Of a stretch of DNA of 64,000 bases, positions 1 to 9,441 are shown one piece after another (position 1 is the stretch's first letter; each line of letters starts with the position of its first letter). Made by a program: the position numbers and the translations under genes. The notes below the pieces were generated by a model. It ran no database searches. It was not told where the DNA came from and saw nothing but the letters and a program-made list of their open reading frames with translations. Source of the stretch: Bdellovibrionales bacterium. Its GTDB lineage: Bacteria > Bdellovibrionota > Bdellovibrionia > Bdellovibrionales > JAGQZY01. The DNA is taken from assembly GCA_964230645.1 (NCBI GenBank), contig CAXRHT010000002.1:1120001-1184000 (forward strand), given 5' to 3'.

Positions 1-614
1 CAGACTTCGTTACACTTCACGTGCCCGAAACCCCTGAAACCAAAAAAATGATTGGAGCAAAAGAAATCGGCCAAATGAAAAAAGGCTCTTATTTAATCAA
101 TGCTTCAAGAGGAACGGTCGTTGAAATCCCAGCCCTTAAAAAGGCTCTTGATGAAGGCTACCTTGGCGGCGCTGCAGTAGACGTTTACCCCAGTGAACCT
201 AAAAAGAACTCGGAAGGTTTCCAAACAGAACTTCAAAACTGCCGCAACGTCATCCTCACTCCTCACATTGGTGGAAGTACCCAAGAGGCTCAGTATAAAA
301 TCGGAAAAGAAGTGGCCGAGTCTTTAGATCTTTTCTTTTCCACGGGCCAAACCATGGGCGCTGTGGAATTTCCCAATGTCCAAGTGTCAAAAGATATTAG
401 GGGCCGAAGACTTCTCAATGTACATAAAAACGTGCCGGGAGTTCTTGGAGACATCAACAGCATTGTCTCGCAAGCGGGAATTAACATTCACTCTCAGATG
501 CTTTCAACTGACGAAGAAATTGGTTTCCTCCTTATGGACATTGAGGCCGGACACAACGAGGCCTTTGATGAAATCTCAAGCCTTAAAACAAATATTAAAA
601 CGCGCTTGATTTAA
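1..614 (+). CDS. serA: D-3-phosphoglycerate dehydrogenase, C-terminal part (gene begins upstream of window)
   Basis: Frame open from position 3 (DFVTLHVPETPET); 2-hydroxyacid dehydrogenase motifs LINASRG, GAAVDVYP, LTPHIGGSTQEAQ; C-terminal ACT domain HKNVPGVL. Confidence 0.95.
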   Translation, partial: DFVTLHVPETPETKKMIGAKEIGQMKKGSYLINASRGTVVEIPALKKALDEGYLGGAAVDVYPSEPKKNSEGFQTELQNCRNVILTPHIGGSTQEAQYKIGKEVAESLDLFFSTGQTMGAVEFPNVQVSKDIRGRRLLNVHKNVPGVLGDINSIVSQAGINIHSQMLSTDEEIGFLLMDIEAGHNEAFDEISSLKTNIKTRLI

Positions 615-621
615 AGAAATA

Positions 622-1263
622 CTAAAGCTCACAGACCACCTGTTCTAAGTCCATACTGTCTCGACCTAAAAAGCGGTCATTCACTCGCCTTCCAGTGAAT
701 GTGGCATGCACCACTTCCATACTTTCTGGATCAAGACGAACGACAGCGGCCGTTCTTGTGGCCTGATGACCACTGGGATAAACGGGTTGTAGTTGCACTT
801 CCAAAACAGAGCGGTTGTTAAGACCCACTGATTTCAAAGCAATGCTACCAATAACGTCTTCACTCACCTCCTGAAAAGAAAACTGAATTTCCACATCGCC
901 TTTTTTAATAAAAAATTCATAAGGAACAGCTGAGGCTTGCACCTGACAGACCCCGAAAGTTTTCTCCATAAAATCAGGAAGCTCACCCAATTTAAATTCA
1001 AGAGTGGGTGTTGTTTGAAGCCTTGAAATTTTCTGCTCAATTCTTGAAGCCTCAGCGATGAGCTCACTCATCTGGCTCGCTATACTAGCCCGCTCAGTTT
1101 CCAAACTTTCAATTTCTTGGCGCTGCTGCTCTTGCCTCTGGCTCAACTCTTCTTGAAGACTGAGATCTTGGGCTATGCCCCTTGCCGGAGAATGAGAAAG
1201 TGGTGTTAGAAAGAGGCTTAACAAAGTTAAGCATCCCATGATTAAAGCGATTCTTACTGACAT
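622..1263 (-). CDS. Hypothetical exported protein with coiled-coil segment
   Basis: Hydrophobic N-terminal segment followed by an E/Q-rich heptad region; ATG at 1263 preferred over the track start at 1281; overlaps the stop of the upstream gene. Confidence 0.65.
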   Translation of the reverse strand: MSVRIALIMGCLTLLSLFLTPLSHSPARGIAQDLSLQEELSQRQEQQRQEIESLETERASIASQMSELIAEASRIEQKISRLQTTPTLEFKLGELPDFMEKTFGVCQVQASAVPYEFFIKKGDVEIQFSFQEVSEDVIGSIALKSVGLNNRSVLEVQLQPVYPSGHQATRTAAVVRLDPESMEVVHATFTGRRVNDRFLGRDSMDLEQVVCEL

Positions 1264-2396
1264 GACGCACTCCCGGGCCAAAAAATAACACCACCAAGTC
1301 GAAGAGGGTCTCTTCGCATTGTGCAGGTGGTTCCCTCATCACAAGAAAAAGAAAAACCCATAGTGGCTTCAGCGTACCTGCGGTACTCTGAGGAATAGTC
1401 TCCGCCCCCTTGGTGATAAAGGGCACAAGGCATATTTTCTTTTGCACGAAGTCGGCATCGAGCCACTCCATCACGAGCAATCTCACAGCGAGGGACGGTC
1501 ATATGTTTTACAGGTCTGGTGTGATTGGCAAACCAGGCCATACAGCTGTTGTCCCCTTCAGGCGCTTGCGTGCTCTCGATCAAACACTCGTTATCAGGGT
1601 TATTGTGAATATTGGTTTCTAAAACAAGTTTATTAAAATCAGCCTCCACGTAAGGTCTGGCGTAAGTTTTAAACTCGCCATTACAATAGGTGTCCATATA
1701 CTCAGAAATGGGAACATGGGGCTCAATTTGAAAAAAGTTTGAGTAAAGGGCGTGTTTGATTGTTTGAGTGGTTCCCTCGTTGCTTTTAGATTCGCCCACG
1801 AGATAAGTAATTCCAAACTCTTCAGAAATATTAATATCAAGTCTTGCTTCAATGGAGCAAAAACCAATCATAGGTCGATTGGAATCGGTTTGAAAAAAGT
1901 TTCGATTAAGCTCCGGATCAAAATGAAAGATCGAGTGCAGCTCAGCCTCCGTCGCCTCGACAATATCATCCTGATGAACATCATTGCCTCGGTAGGACGT
2001 CATGGCGATAAGAGAGGTCTCAAAAGTGTAGCGGTAGACAAAGTTATAGGGTCTATAAGTCACCCCGAGTTGCACGGGAGAGGTTAAAACCCCAAGACCC
2101 ATAGCCTGAGCGATACCGTTAACTGTAATTCCAAGACTTGTTGAAGTCTCTTGATAAGAAGACTCAGAAAACTGGGTCCAAGTTCTTGGAAAGGCTGGCC
2201 AATTAAGAGCTGGGGTATCTTCAGAAAGAAGCTCTTGCAAAATCGTTCTCTGCGCTTCGGCCGAAGGATTCGGGGCATTAACAAGAAACCTGTTATTGCC
2301 AAATTGAGTTTGATTAGTAAAAGCCCGGCGCTGGGCATAGCCTTCCGAAGCAAAAAGGCTCAAGAATAATGAAACCACTAAAACACGACTAAACAT
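1254..2396 (-). CDS. Hypothetical secreted protein, Cys-rich C-terminus
   Basis: 380 aa ORF; Sec signal (…FASEGYA/Q); cluster of Cys in the last ~150 aa; GGAGAG SD-like sequence upstream. Confidence 0.75.
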   Translation of the reverse strand: MFSRVLVVSLFLSLFASEGYAQRRAFTNQTQFGNNRFLVNAPNPSAEAQRTILQELLSEDTPALNWPAFPRTWTQFSESSYQETSTSLGITVNGIAQAMGLGVLTSPVQLGVTYRPYNFVYRYTFETSLIAMTSYRGNDVHQDDIVEATEAELHSIFHFDPELNRNFFQTDSNRPMIGFCSIEARLDINISEEFGITYLVGESKSNEGTTQTIKHALYSNFFQIEPHVPISEYMDTYCNGEFKTYARPYVEADFNKLVLETNIHNNPDNECLIESTQAPEGDNSCMAWFANHTRPVKHMTVPRCEIARDGVARCRLRAKENMPCALYHQGGGDYSSEYRRYAEATMGFSFSCDEGTTCTMRRDPLRLGGVIFWPGSASCQ

Positions 2397-2775
2397 TCAT
2401 TAACTCTCCACACTCGGCCCCCATAGTGGCGGCCACTAAATTTTCTTGAGCGATAAATGTGCCAATCAAGTTTAAGACCTGGAAGGCCCTTATTTTCTAG
2501 CCCTTCAGAAAAAGAGATTAGAGGCAGTGAAAAAAAATCAAGAGCAGCGCCAGAATTTGGCACAAAAAGTAGAAGTTCGAGAACTTTCAAAAAATTCCCA
2601 TTTTTAATCAAAAAGCTAAAAGTTCCCTCTAGGCTCCTTCTAAAGAGATCGTCTTTTTTAAACGGACCGTGCTTTTTTAAAAAACTGTGACCAATTTTGT
2701 TAGACGTTTATGAAAATATTTTAACCAAGGGAGATTTCTTCCAGATCTTCGTCACGATCTGATAATTTCCTAAGT

Positions 2776-3705
2776 ATGACGAAACAATCCCAAAACCAAG
2801 CCGTCCTTTTAAGCCAAAGATCAAAGCAAAAAGAATTTATCACCTGGGCTATCATCGTCCATAGTATTGGTATTACTGGCGCAGTGGTACTTTTTGAACC
2901 TTGGGCTTTTGGATTTGCCTTTTTTATGGCTTCAGTCACTGGCTATAGTATGGGAATTTTCCATCATATGTATCTCTCCCATAGAAGCTTTCGCTGCCAC
3001 CCAGTGGTCGAAAATATAGGCGTACTTTTAGGGACATTGACCTGGAGAGGCCCCATGGCAGCGCCCATTCGCTATGTGGCCATGCATAGAATCCATCATC
3101 GCTATTCTGATACCGATAAAGACCCCCACTCTCCTAAAGAAGGCTGGCTCCATTCCCTTATATCTTGGAACTGGAATCACTCAGATCTTTTCCGCCGTCA
3201 GGAGCTTTATAACAAGCTCGCTCCAAACTGGGTGCGCCAGAACTCTTTTTTTAAGTGGCTTGATCAAAATGTCCACACCGCTCAAGCACTCTACGGTTTA
3301 TTTCTTTTTAGTGTGGGCTTTGCCTTCTTTGATTTAAAGACCGCGGCAGTCCTTGTAGTTTACGGTGTGTTTGTCAAAACCCTAATGCTTGTCTATTTGG
3401 CCAATACCGTGGACCTTATTAACCACACTGTCGGTTACCGAAATTATGAAACCAAAGATGACTCCACCAATAGCTTCTTGATGGCGGCCATTCATTTAGG
3501 AGGTGCGATCTCCTGGCACAATAATCATCACGCTAGAGCCGCCTACTTTACCGTTAAAGGTAATTGGTGGGAGTTTGATGTGCACTATTTGTTTTTAAGA
3601 TTTCTTTCTCTTTTTGGTCTGGTGAGCCATATCCGTATTCTTGATGATCAAGAAAAGGTCAGAGTACAAAAGCAGAAGCTTGAGGAACAGTATGCCTCGC
3701 TATAA
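2776..3705 (+). CDS. Membrane fatty-acid desaturase, delta-9-like
   Basis: Three His boxes HHMYLSH, HRIHH, HNNHH; DxDPHSP motif; 'GYRNYET.DDSTN' and 'WWEFD' motifs typical of delta-9 acyl-lipid/acyl-CoA desaturases. Confidence 0.92.
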   Translation: MTKQSQNQAVLLSQRSKQKEFITWAIIVHSIGITGAVVLFEPWAFGFAFFMASVTGYSMGIFHHMYLSHRSFRCHPVVENIGVLLGTLTWRGPMAAPIRYVAMHRIHHRYSDTDKDPHSPKEGWLHSLISWNWNHSDLFRRQELYNKLAPNWVRQNSFFKWLDQNVHTAQALYGLFLFSVGFAFFDLKTAAVLVVYGVFVKTLMLVYLANTVDLINHTVGYRNYETKDDSTNSFLMAAIHLGGAISWHNNHHARAAYFTVKGNWWEFDVHYLFLRFLSLFGLVSHIRILDDQEKVRVQKQKLEEQYASL

Positions 3706-4615
3706 AAAAATACCCAAAGAGTTTACCCAACAATCAATACTCAAAGCTTCTTTAATGATCGCGCATCGATTGAGCGGATTTATCACTGGTTTATTTTTAC
3801 TAAGTGTTCTTCTCAATTCTAACTTTTTAATATTGTTAAAAATTGTACTCTCTTTACCACTGATCGCCTTCTCTGCTGTATGCTTACACAATATGGGCCT
3901 GCTAGGGCATGAGGGCACTCACTTTACCTTGGCTAAAAACAGAAAGCTAAGTGCTTATATAGGAACTTTTTTCTCGTCTATGGTTCCTTTTCATTTTAAT
4001 ACAGGCTTTGCCCTCTCCCACGCCCAGCACCACTGGCACACCAATTCTGAAAAAGATCCCGATCTTGATATCTTCACAAGCTTTAATAACTTCTGGAAAC
4101 GCTTTTTCCTAGCAAGGTCTAAAGCCAGTCGCGTTTACTTTTTTGAAACCCTTGGTATGGCCAGAGGGAACTTTACCCATCCCAATCAAGTGGGAATGAA
4201 ATCTGAAGACCTAAAAAAACTAGCACAGTTTAATTTAGTGAGCTCACTTATTTTCCTAGTAATTTACGCTAGTCTCATTATCAGCTTCCCATTAAGTTTC
4301 GGTTTAGCTTTTATATTGGTTTACTTTTCAGCCGTTTTTCTATCAGGCCTCAGACCCTACATGGAACATGTCGAAACCGATAAAGGCGAATTTACCAGAG
4401 CCAGAACTTTTAGCTCACCCTTAATGGACTATGTCTTTGGAACCATTAACTACCACCAGGCCCATCATATGTATCCCACAGTGCCTGGTTACAACCTACC
4501 AAGACTGCAAAAATATCTCATCAAAGAGGGTTATTTTACCGATCAAACGACCGTAGAAGAAACGTCCTTTCTAAACCTTTTAAAAACTGTGTCAAAAGGA
4601 CGCTACGGAATTTAG
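3692..4615 (+). CDS. Membrane fatty-acid desaturase family protein
   Basis: His boxes HEGTH, HAQHH, HQAHH; DPD motif, 'EH' and 'PTVPGYNLP'; ATG 3692 follows GAGGA and overlaps the upstream gene end. Confidence 0.88.
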   Translation: MPRYKKIPKEFTQQSILKASLMIAHRLSGFITGLFLLSVLLNSNFLILLKIVLSLPLIAFSAVCLHNMGLLGHEGTHFTLAKNRKLSAYIGTFFSSMVPFHFNTGFALSHAQHHWHTNSEKDPDLDIFTSFNNFWKRFFLARSKASRVYFFETLGMARGNFTHPNQVGMKSEDLKKLAQFNLVSSLIFLVIYASLIISFPLSFGLAFILVYFSAVFLSGLRPYMEHVETDKGEFTRARTFSSPLMDYVFGTINYHQAHHMYPTVPGYNLPRLQKYLIKEGYFTDQTTVEETSFLNLLKTVSKGRYGI

Positions 4616-4625
4616 AACACCTTAT

Positions 4626-4910
4626 TTATAGAGGAACTTTTTGGGCTGATGAAAAAAACGGATCACTAGCCAAATCTTGAGACTTTTTAATTGAAAGATC
4701 TATTCTCTGCTCTCCAAGGGCATCTTTAAGCTCAATGAGTATATCTGTACGATCTTTCCAGCCTAGCTTTTCGCTCACGACCAAAAGGTCAATGTCTCCT
4801 CCCTTAAGAGCGTCATCAACTCTAGACCCATACAAGTAGACCAGAGCTTCACTGTCAAATTTAGTCAGTATTTCTTTGATCGATTCGATCTCTTGTTCTG
4901 ATAATCTCAT
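4626..4910 (-). CDS. Minimal nucleotidyltransferase (MNT) antitoxin
   Basis: 94 aa; LYGSR…GGDIDLLV pol-beta NTase signature; ATGA overlap with the upstream HEPN-like gene. Confidence 0.9.
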   Translation of the reverse strand: MRLSEQEIESIKEILTKFDSEALVYLYGSRVDDALKGGDIDLLVVSEKLGWKDRTDILIELKDALGEQRIDLSIKKSQDLASDPFFSSAQKVPL

Positions 4911-5323
4911 GAAACCTTAAACTTGAGAAGAATGGGGGCTAAACCAATGAGTTCAGAATACAGCTTTGCGTATTCCTCGCTCGTGTATTCATGGGCTGCT
5001 ACATTTCTTAACTCACGAATACGCCGCCAGTTTTTAGCCGAGTCGATCCACCCCTGCTTTTCTGCGAGGTTTAGGGTATCAATTACCGTCCCTCGAAATC
5101 CCGGATCGGCTTCATAGGTTAAAAACCTTAAATATTTTGAGATTACTATATCAGAAAGACGGGAGAAGCGGCTGCTAAAACTCTCTAGAGTTTCTAAAAG
5201 TTCTTCATCAGCCCCCTCTATTTCTTCTAGTTTTAAAGTTTTTATCTTATTAAAACTATAGGACAAATGGCCTTGTGCTTTTTTGACGGACTCTTCGATC
5301 TGTTTCTTTAGATCATTTTCCAT
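4907..5323 (-). CDS. HEPN / HI0074-family toxin (nucleotidyltransferase substrate-binding protein)
   Basis: 138 aa helical protein with RNVAAHEY (Rx4HxY) motif, adjacent to the MNT gene. Confidence 0.85.
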   Translation of the reverse strand: MENDLKKQIEESVKKAQGHLSYSFNKIKTLKLEEIEGADEELLETLESFSSRFSRLSDIVISKYLRFLTYEADPGFRGTVIDTLNLAEKQGWIDSAKNWRRIRELRNVAAHEYTSEEYAKLYSELIGLAPILLKFKVS

Positions 5324-5361
5324 AACTTTTAAACCTTTCCGGTTCCCCTTTACTCAATATC

Positions 5362-6663
5362 CTACACAAGAAGCTGAAAACAAAGACAGGCCACGATGGT
5401 CGGTGGTAGTGCCCCTAGAAGAAGCTTTCCAGGATTAATCCCCCCTGAAAAAGAGCCTTTAAGAATTCCATAACCAGCCGGGTTTGGAGCGTTGGCAATC
5501 ACAGTCAAACCACCACCAGCAACGGCACCGGCCACAAGATTGTACTTAGCCGTGTCGGTGAGTTCGACTAGGGAGCCAAGGTAAGTCAAAGCTGCATTAT
5601 CGGTAATAGCAGTTAGCCCAGTGGCTCCAAGGAAAAGAACCAAGCTATCAAGTTTTGTTAACACCTCTTTAAGCCACCACGACTGCATACCTCCAAGAGT
5701 TACAAGTCCGGCTAAGAAAAACCCAACCAAAAGAGACTCTTTTAATTTTGGCTCATCTTGATATTCTTGGGTCACCTTCATAAATCCTAGGAAGAAAAGG
5801 AAAAGTCCCATAAAGAAAACCATATGGTGGGCGGTGAAGACCACAAGAGCTAGCACTAATAAGTGGACAACCGTGATCCAAGCCGAAGGCTCCATGGTGT
5901 TGTCGTGTTTTTGTTTAATATGGAGCTTCCCTGCGAGTTCATTTTTAAAGAGGAAAGCTGTAGTGGTAGTACAAATAACTATAGAGATCGCCGCTTTGTA
6001 ACCAAAGTTTGCGATCATATGAGATATGCCCCAGTGCCACTTGGTCGCCACCATTAGAACAGGAGGGGCTGCGAAATGAGTCAGCGTTCCCCCAATAGAG
6101 ATGTTCACAAACAAAAGACCTAAAGTGGCGTATTTAAACTTAGTACTCATTTTCCCGGAGAAGAAATAATCAAGGAGAATGAGGGCTGTCACCGTCATAG
6201 CGGCAGGCTCTGTGATAAAGGAACCAAGAAGGGGGCCAATGATAAGTGCTGAAATATAAAAAGAAACCTTTTCTGGAAGGGGCATGATCTTAGCTACCAC
6301 CATAATGCACTTTTCAGCAAAGTTGATCACTGGCCTTGTACCGGCAATACACATGATCACAAACACAAAGGCAGGCTCTGTGTAATTCACCCCAGTCTCA
6401 AGGTAGTGAATCGCTCCACCGATCACATGATGATTGTCATCATAAATAGCAAACCCTTCGATCGCACTGTAATAGGCGATAAAAATCCCCGCCCAAATTC
6501 CAAAAATCGCTTCGACCTCTCCTAGGAAATGAAAAAGGTTTTCCGGGATCGATCCTTCTGGATATTTATGAGCCAGGGCTTCGAATTTCGTCGCTACAAA
6601 AGTGTGCATCACGGCAAGAGCGAAAAGTACTGTCGCTCCAATTTCAAGTGTCGTTGGATTCAT
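5362..6663 (-). CDS. Putative Na+/H+ antiporter (DUF1504-like, ion-transporter superfamily)
   Basis: Polytopic membrane protein; motifs LLGSFITEPAAMT, SIGGTLTHFAAPPVLMV, TDNAALTYL, GGGLTVIANAPNPAG; GAGGT SD 8 nt before ATG 6663. Confidence 0.85.
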   Translation of the reverse strand: MNPTTLEIGATVLFALAVMHTFVATKFEALAHKYPEGSIPENLFHFLGEVEAIFGIWAGIFIAYYSAIEGFAIYDDNHHVIGGAIHYLETGVNYTEPAFVFVIMCIAGTRPVINFAEKCIMVVAKIMPLPEKVSFYISALIIGPLLGSFITEPAAMTVTALILLDYFFSGKMSTKFKYATLGLLFVNISIGGTLTHFAAPPVLMVATKWHWGISHMIANFGYKAAISIVICTTTTAFLFKNELAGKLHIKQKHDNTMEPSAWITVVHLLVLALVVFTAHHMVFFMGLFLFFLGFMKVTQEYQDEPKLKESLLVGFFLAGLVTLGGMQSWWLKEVLTKLDSLVLFLGATGLTAITDNAALTYLGSLVELTDTAKYNLVAGAVAGGGLTVIANAPNPAGYGILKGSFSGGINPGKLLLGALPPTIVACLCFQLLV

Positions 6664-6868
6664 GCTGAATAACCTCGCTGAAGTTTGTGTCTTCAATCCT
6701 AAATATGTTCTTCCTATTCTAGTCCCTTTCCCTCATAAAATTCATCTAAGTCGCAAGGCGGCAATTTTAATTGAGCCGCACTAAAGGCTAGAGAAACTCT
6801 AGAAAATTAGTAGCCCCTTAAGGCTTGAGAATGTTTCAATAAAGCTAGGATTCACCTTTAAAGGACTT

Positions 6869-7285
6869 ATGAACAGGCTTAGAGCTTTTTTTCAAAACCA
6901 ACCAAAGAACTCAAACTATAGCTTCGGTCTCGTTTGGGCGACTCTATTTGCTCTCATTTTTGGCGGGAAACTTCTCACGTCTGGCGAGGTCAATAAATTA
7001 TTTTTAGCTCTCGCTCTTCTTTTTGGTCTTCTTGCTGTGATTTTTCCAAAAGTCCTCTATCCACTCAACTACCTGTGGAATCTCATAGGCCTTTGTTTAC
7101 ACAGAGTGATCAACCCTTTTGTCATGGCTCTTATCTATTTCGCCGTTCTCACCCCCACATCTTTTATAATGAAGCTTTTGGGAAAAGACTTTTTAGATAG
7201 AAATTGGAATAAAGAGGCGACCAGTTACTGGATTAAAAGAGAGCCTTCTGGGCCTAGTCGCGAATCATTGAAGAATCAATTTTAG
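6869..7285 (+). CDS. SxtJ-family membrane protein
   Basis: SFGLV, PLNYLW…GL, 'YFAVLTP', 'SYWIKRE', C-terminal 'NQF'; lies upstream of a DUF5989-type gene and a carbamoyltransferase. Confidence 0.85.
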   Translation: MNRLRAFFQNQPKNSNYSFGLVWATLFALIFGGKLLTSGEVNKLFLALALLFGLLAVIFPKVLYPLNYLWNLIGLCLHRVINPFVMALIYFAVLTPTSFIMKLLGKDFLDRNWNKEATSYWIKREPSGPSRESLKNQF

Positions 7286-7301
7286 TAAAAAGGAACCTCT
7301 T

Positions 7302-7451
7302 ATGAGTTTTTTTAAAGAATTCGGTCAATTTTTATGGGTAAGAAAAAAGTTCTGGCTTATCCCCGTGTTACTAGTATCCCTTCTTTTAGTCGGATTAATT
7401 GTTTTTACTGAGGGCACAGCCGCCGCTCCTTTTATCTATACTATTTTCTAA
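7302..7451 (+). CDS. DUF5989 / SxtK-like small membrane protein (49 aa; absent from ORF track)
   Basis: Manual translation MSFFKEFGQFLWVRKKFWLIPVLLVSLLLVGLIVFTEGTAAAPFIYTIF; RKKFWL.P and APFIYT.F signature; AGGAA SD upstream. Confidence 0.9.
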   Translation: MSFFKEFGQFLWVRKKFWLIPVLLVSLLLVGLIVFTEGTAAAPFIYTIF

Positions 7452-7452
7452 T

Positions 7453-9291
7453 ATGAATATTCTTGGTCTCTCAGCATTTTATCATGACAGTGCCGCCGCC
7501 TTAATTTCGAATGGCGAAATCATTGCTGCCGCTCAAGAGGAACGCTTCACCAGAATTAAGCATGATTGCAGTTTCCCTGAAAACTCAATTAGCTACTGCC
7601 TTAAAGAGGCCAAGCTTAATTTCAATCAAATTGATTACATCGCTTTTTACGACAAACCCTTTTTAAAATTTGAACGCCTACTTGAAACTTATATGGCTTT
7701 TGCCCCAAAGGGTTTTCGGTCTTTTAGTAAAGCCTTACCTCTTTGGGTGAAAGAAAAGCTTTTCCAAAAAAAATTGATTCTTGATGAGTTCAAAAAGCAT
7801 TATCCCGAACACAACTGGGAAGAAAAGATTCTTTTCACCGAACACCACCACTCTCATGCGGCCAGTGCTTTTTACCCCTCCCCTTTCAACGAAGCTCTTG
7901 TTCTCACCATGGATGGTGTCGGTGAGTGGGCCACCACCAGTGCCGCGATCGCTAACGGAAACAGTGTTGAGATCTTTAAAGAGATCCACTTCCCCCACTC
8001 CATTGGGCTTTTCTATTCAGCCATGACCTATTTTTGTGGCTTTAAGGTCAACTCTGGTGAGTACAAGCTTATGGGCCTTGCCCCCTATGGAAAACCAAAA
8101 TACGCACAGCTTATAAAAGAAAATCTTATTGATATAAAAGAAGACGGATCTTTTAGACTCAATATGAAGTACTTTGATTACTGCACAGGTCTAAAAATGA
8201 CGTCAAAGCACTTTGATAGACTTTTTAATCTTCCCGCTAGAAATCCTGAAGCCGAGATGACCCAAGCCTATATGGATATCGCAGCCTCCGCTCAACAGGT
8301 CACTGAAGAAGTCGTTTTAAAACTTGCTAAAAATTTACTCAAAGAAACAGGAATGAAGAATCTTTGCCTAGCTGGTGGTGTAGCACTTAACTGTGTTGCT
8401 AATGGAAAGCTTTTAAGAGAAATTCCAGATATTAATTTATGGATTCAACCAGCCGCAGGGGATGCTGGAGGAGCTCTTGGCTCAGCTCTAGCCACTCACT
8501 ACTATTTTTTAGATCAGAAAAGAGAGCCCCCAAAAAATAAAAAAGACGCCATGAAGGGCTCCCTCTTTGGCCCTCAGTATTCCCAACACGAAATTGAAAA
8601 AACACTTAAGAAATTAGGAGCAAACTTCACCACTCTTCCTGAGGAGAAAATGCTCGAACAAACAGCCAGAGCTCTCTCTGAGGAAAAAGCGATCGGCTGG
8701 TTTCAAGGCCGAATGGAATTTGGCCCAAGGGCTCTTGGCGCAAGATCTATCCTTGCTGACCCAAGGTCTCCCGAGACTCAAAAAAACCTTAATTTAAAAA
8801 TCAAATTCCGAGAATCCTTTAGACCTTTTGCGCCTTCCATTCTTGAAGAACACACTAGTGACTTTTTTGATTTTAAAACCCCTAGCCCCTATATGCTCTT
8901 GGTAGGAGAAGTGAAAAAAGAAAAAAGAAAAGCTTTATCTGAAAAAGAAGAAAACTTATTTGGACTTGAAAAACTTCACCTCAAAAGATCCGAGGTCCCA
9001 GCCGTTACCCACGTGGATTATTCCGCCCGGGTACAAACGGTGAATCAAGAAACCCATCCCCTCTATTACAAATTAATTAAAAATTTTGAGGAAATCACAG
9101 GCTGCCCCCTTTTAGTAAACACGAGCTTTAATGTTCGCGGAGAGCCCATCGTCTGCACGCCAGAGGATGCTTTCCAGTGTTTTATGGGTACAAACCTTGA
9201 TCTCCTAGTCATTGGAAACTGTGTGCTCGAAAAATCCGAGCAGCCTGCAAAACTAAGAGGCAACTACCACTCGCAATTCAAGAAAGATTAA
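7453..9291 (+). CDS. O-carbamoyltransferase (NodU/CmcH/SxtI family)
   Basis: ILGLSAFYHDSAAA, EHHHSHAASAF, DGVGE, EYKLMGLAPYG, GGVALNC, GPRALGARSILA, RESFRPFAP, NTSFNVRGEP; true start ATG 7453, 1 nt after the DUF5989 stop. Confidence 0.95.
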   Translation: MNILGLSAFYHDSAAALISNGEIIAAAQEERFTRIKHDCSFPENSISYCLKEAKLNFNQIDYIAFYDKPFLKFERLLETYMAFAPKGFRSFSKALPLWVKEKLFQKKLILDEFKKHYPEHNWEEKILFTEHHHSHAASAFYPSPFNEALVLTMDGVGEWATTSAAIANGNSVEIFKEIHFPHSIGLFYSAMTYFCGFKVNSGEYKLMGLAPYGKPKYAQLIKENLIDIKEDGSFRLNMKYFDYCTGLKMTSKHFDRLFNLPARNPEAEMTQAYMDIAASAQQVTEEVVLKLAKNLLKETGMKNLCLAGGVALNCVANGKLLREIPDINLWIQPAAGDAGGALGSALATHYYFLDQKREPPKNKKDAMKGSLFGPQYSQHEIEKTLKKLGANFTTLPEEKMLEQTARALSEEKAIGWFQGRMEFGPRALGARSILADPRSPETQKNLNLKIKFRESFRPFAPSILEEHTSDFFDFKTPSPYMLLVGEVKKEKRKALSEKEENLFGLEKLHLKRSEVPAVTHVDYSARVQTVNQETHPLYYKLIKNFEEITGCPLLVNTSFNVRGEPIVCTPEDAFQCFMGTNLDLLVIGNCVLEKSEQPAKLRGNYHSQFKKD

Positions 9292-9441
9292 AAATAGTGG
9301 GTCTTCATCTTAATATATTCAGAGTTCTAAGTAAGTGGTAAAGAGTCAGTTTATAGATCCCTGATAGGACTAAATGATACTATCACTTGACCAAAATGAA
9401 CCCAAGTCAGCAATCCCTTTCGACTGGTTCAATAAAGAGAG

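Noticed and set aside
6664..6868. Na+/Li+ riboswitch upstream of the antiporter
   Set aside because: Only short hairpins seen; no consensus motif I can recognise, and an Rfam scan would be needed
7399..7452. N-terminal extension of the carbamoyltransferase given in the ORF track
   Set aside because: Overlaps the DUF5989 gene in another frame; the family N-terminus (MNILGLS) begins at ATG 7453
6869..9291. Saxitoxin biosynthesis cluster
   Set aside because: Only the sxtI/J/K-like triplet is present; no sxtA, sxtG or other core genes in the window
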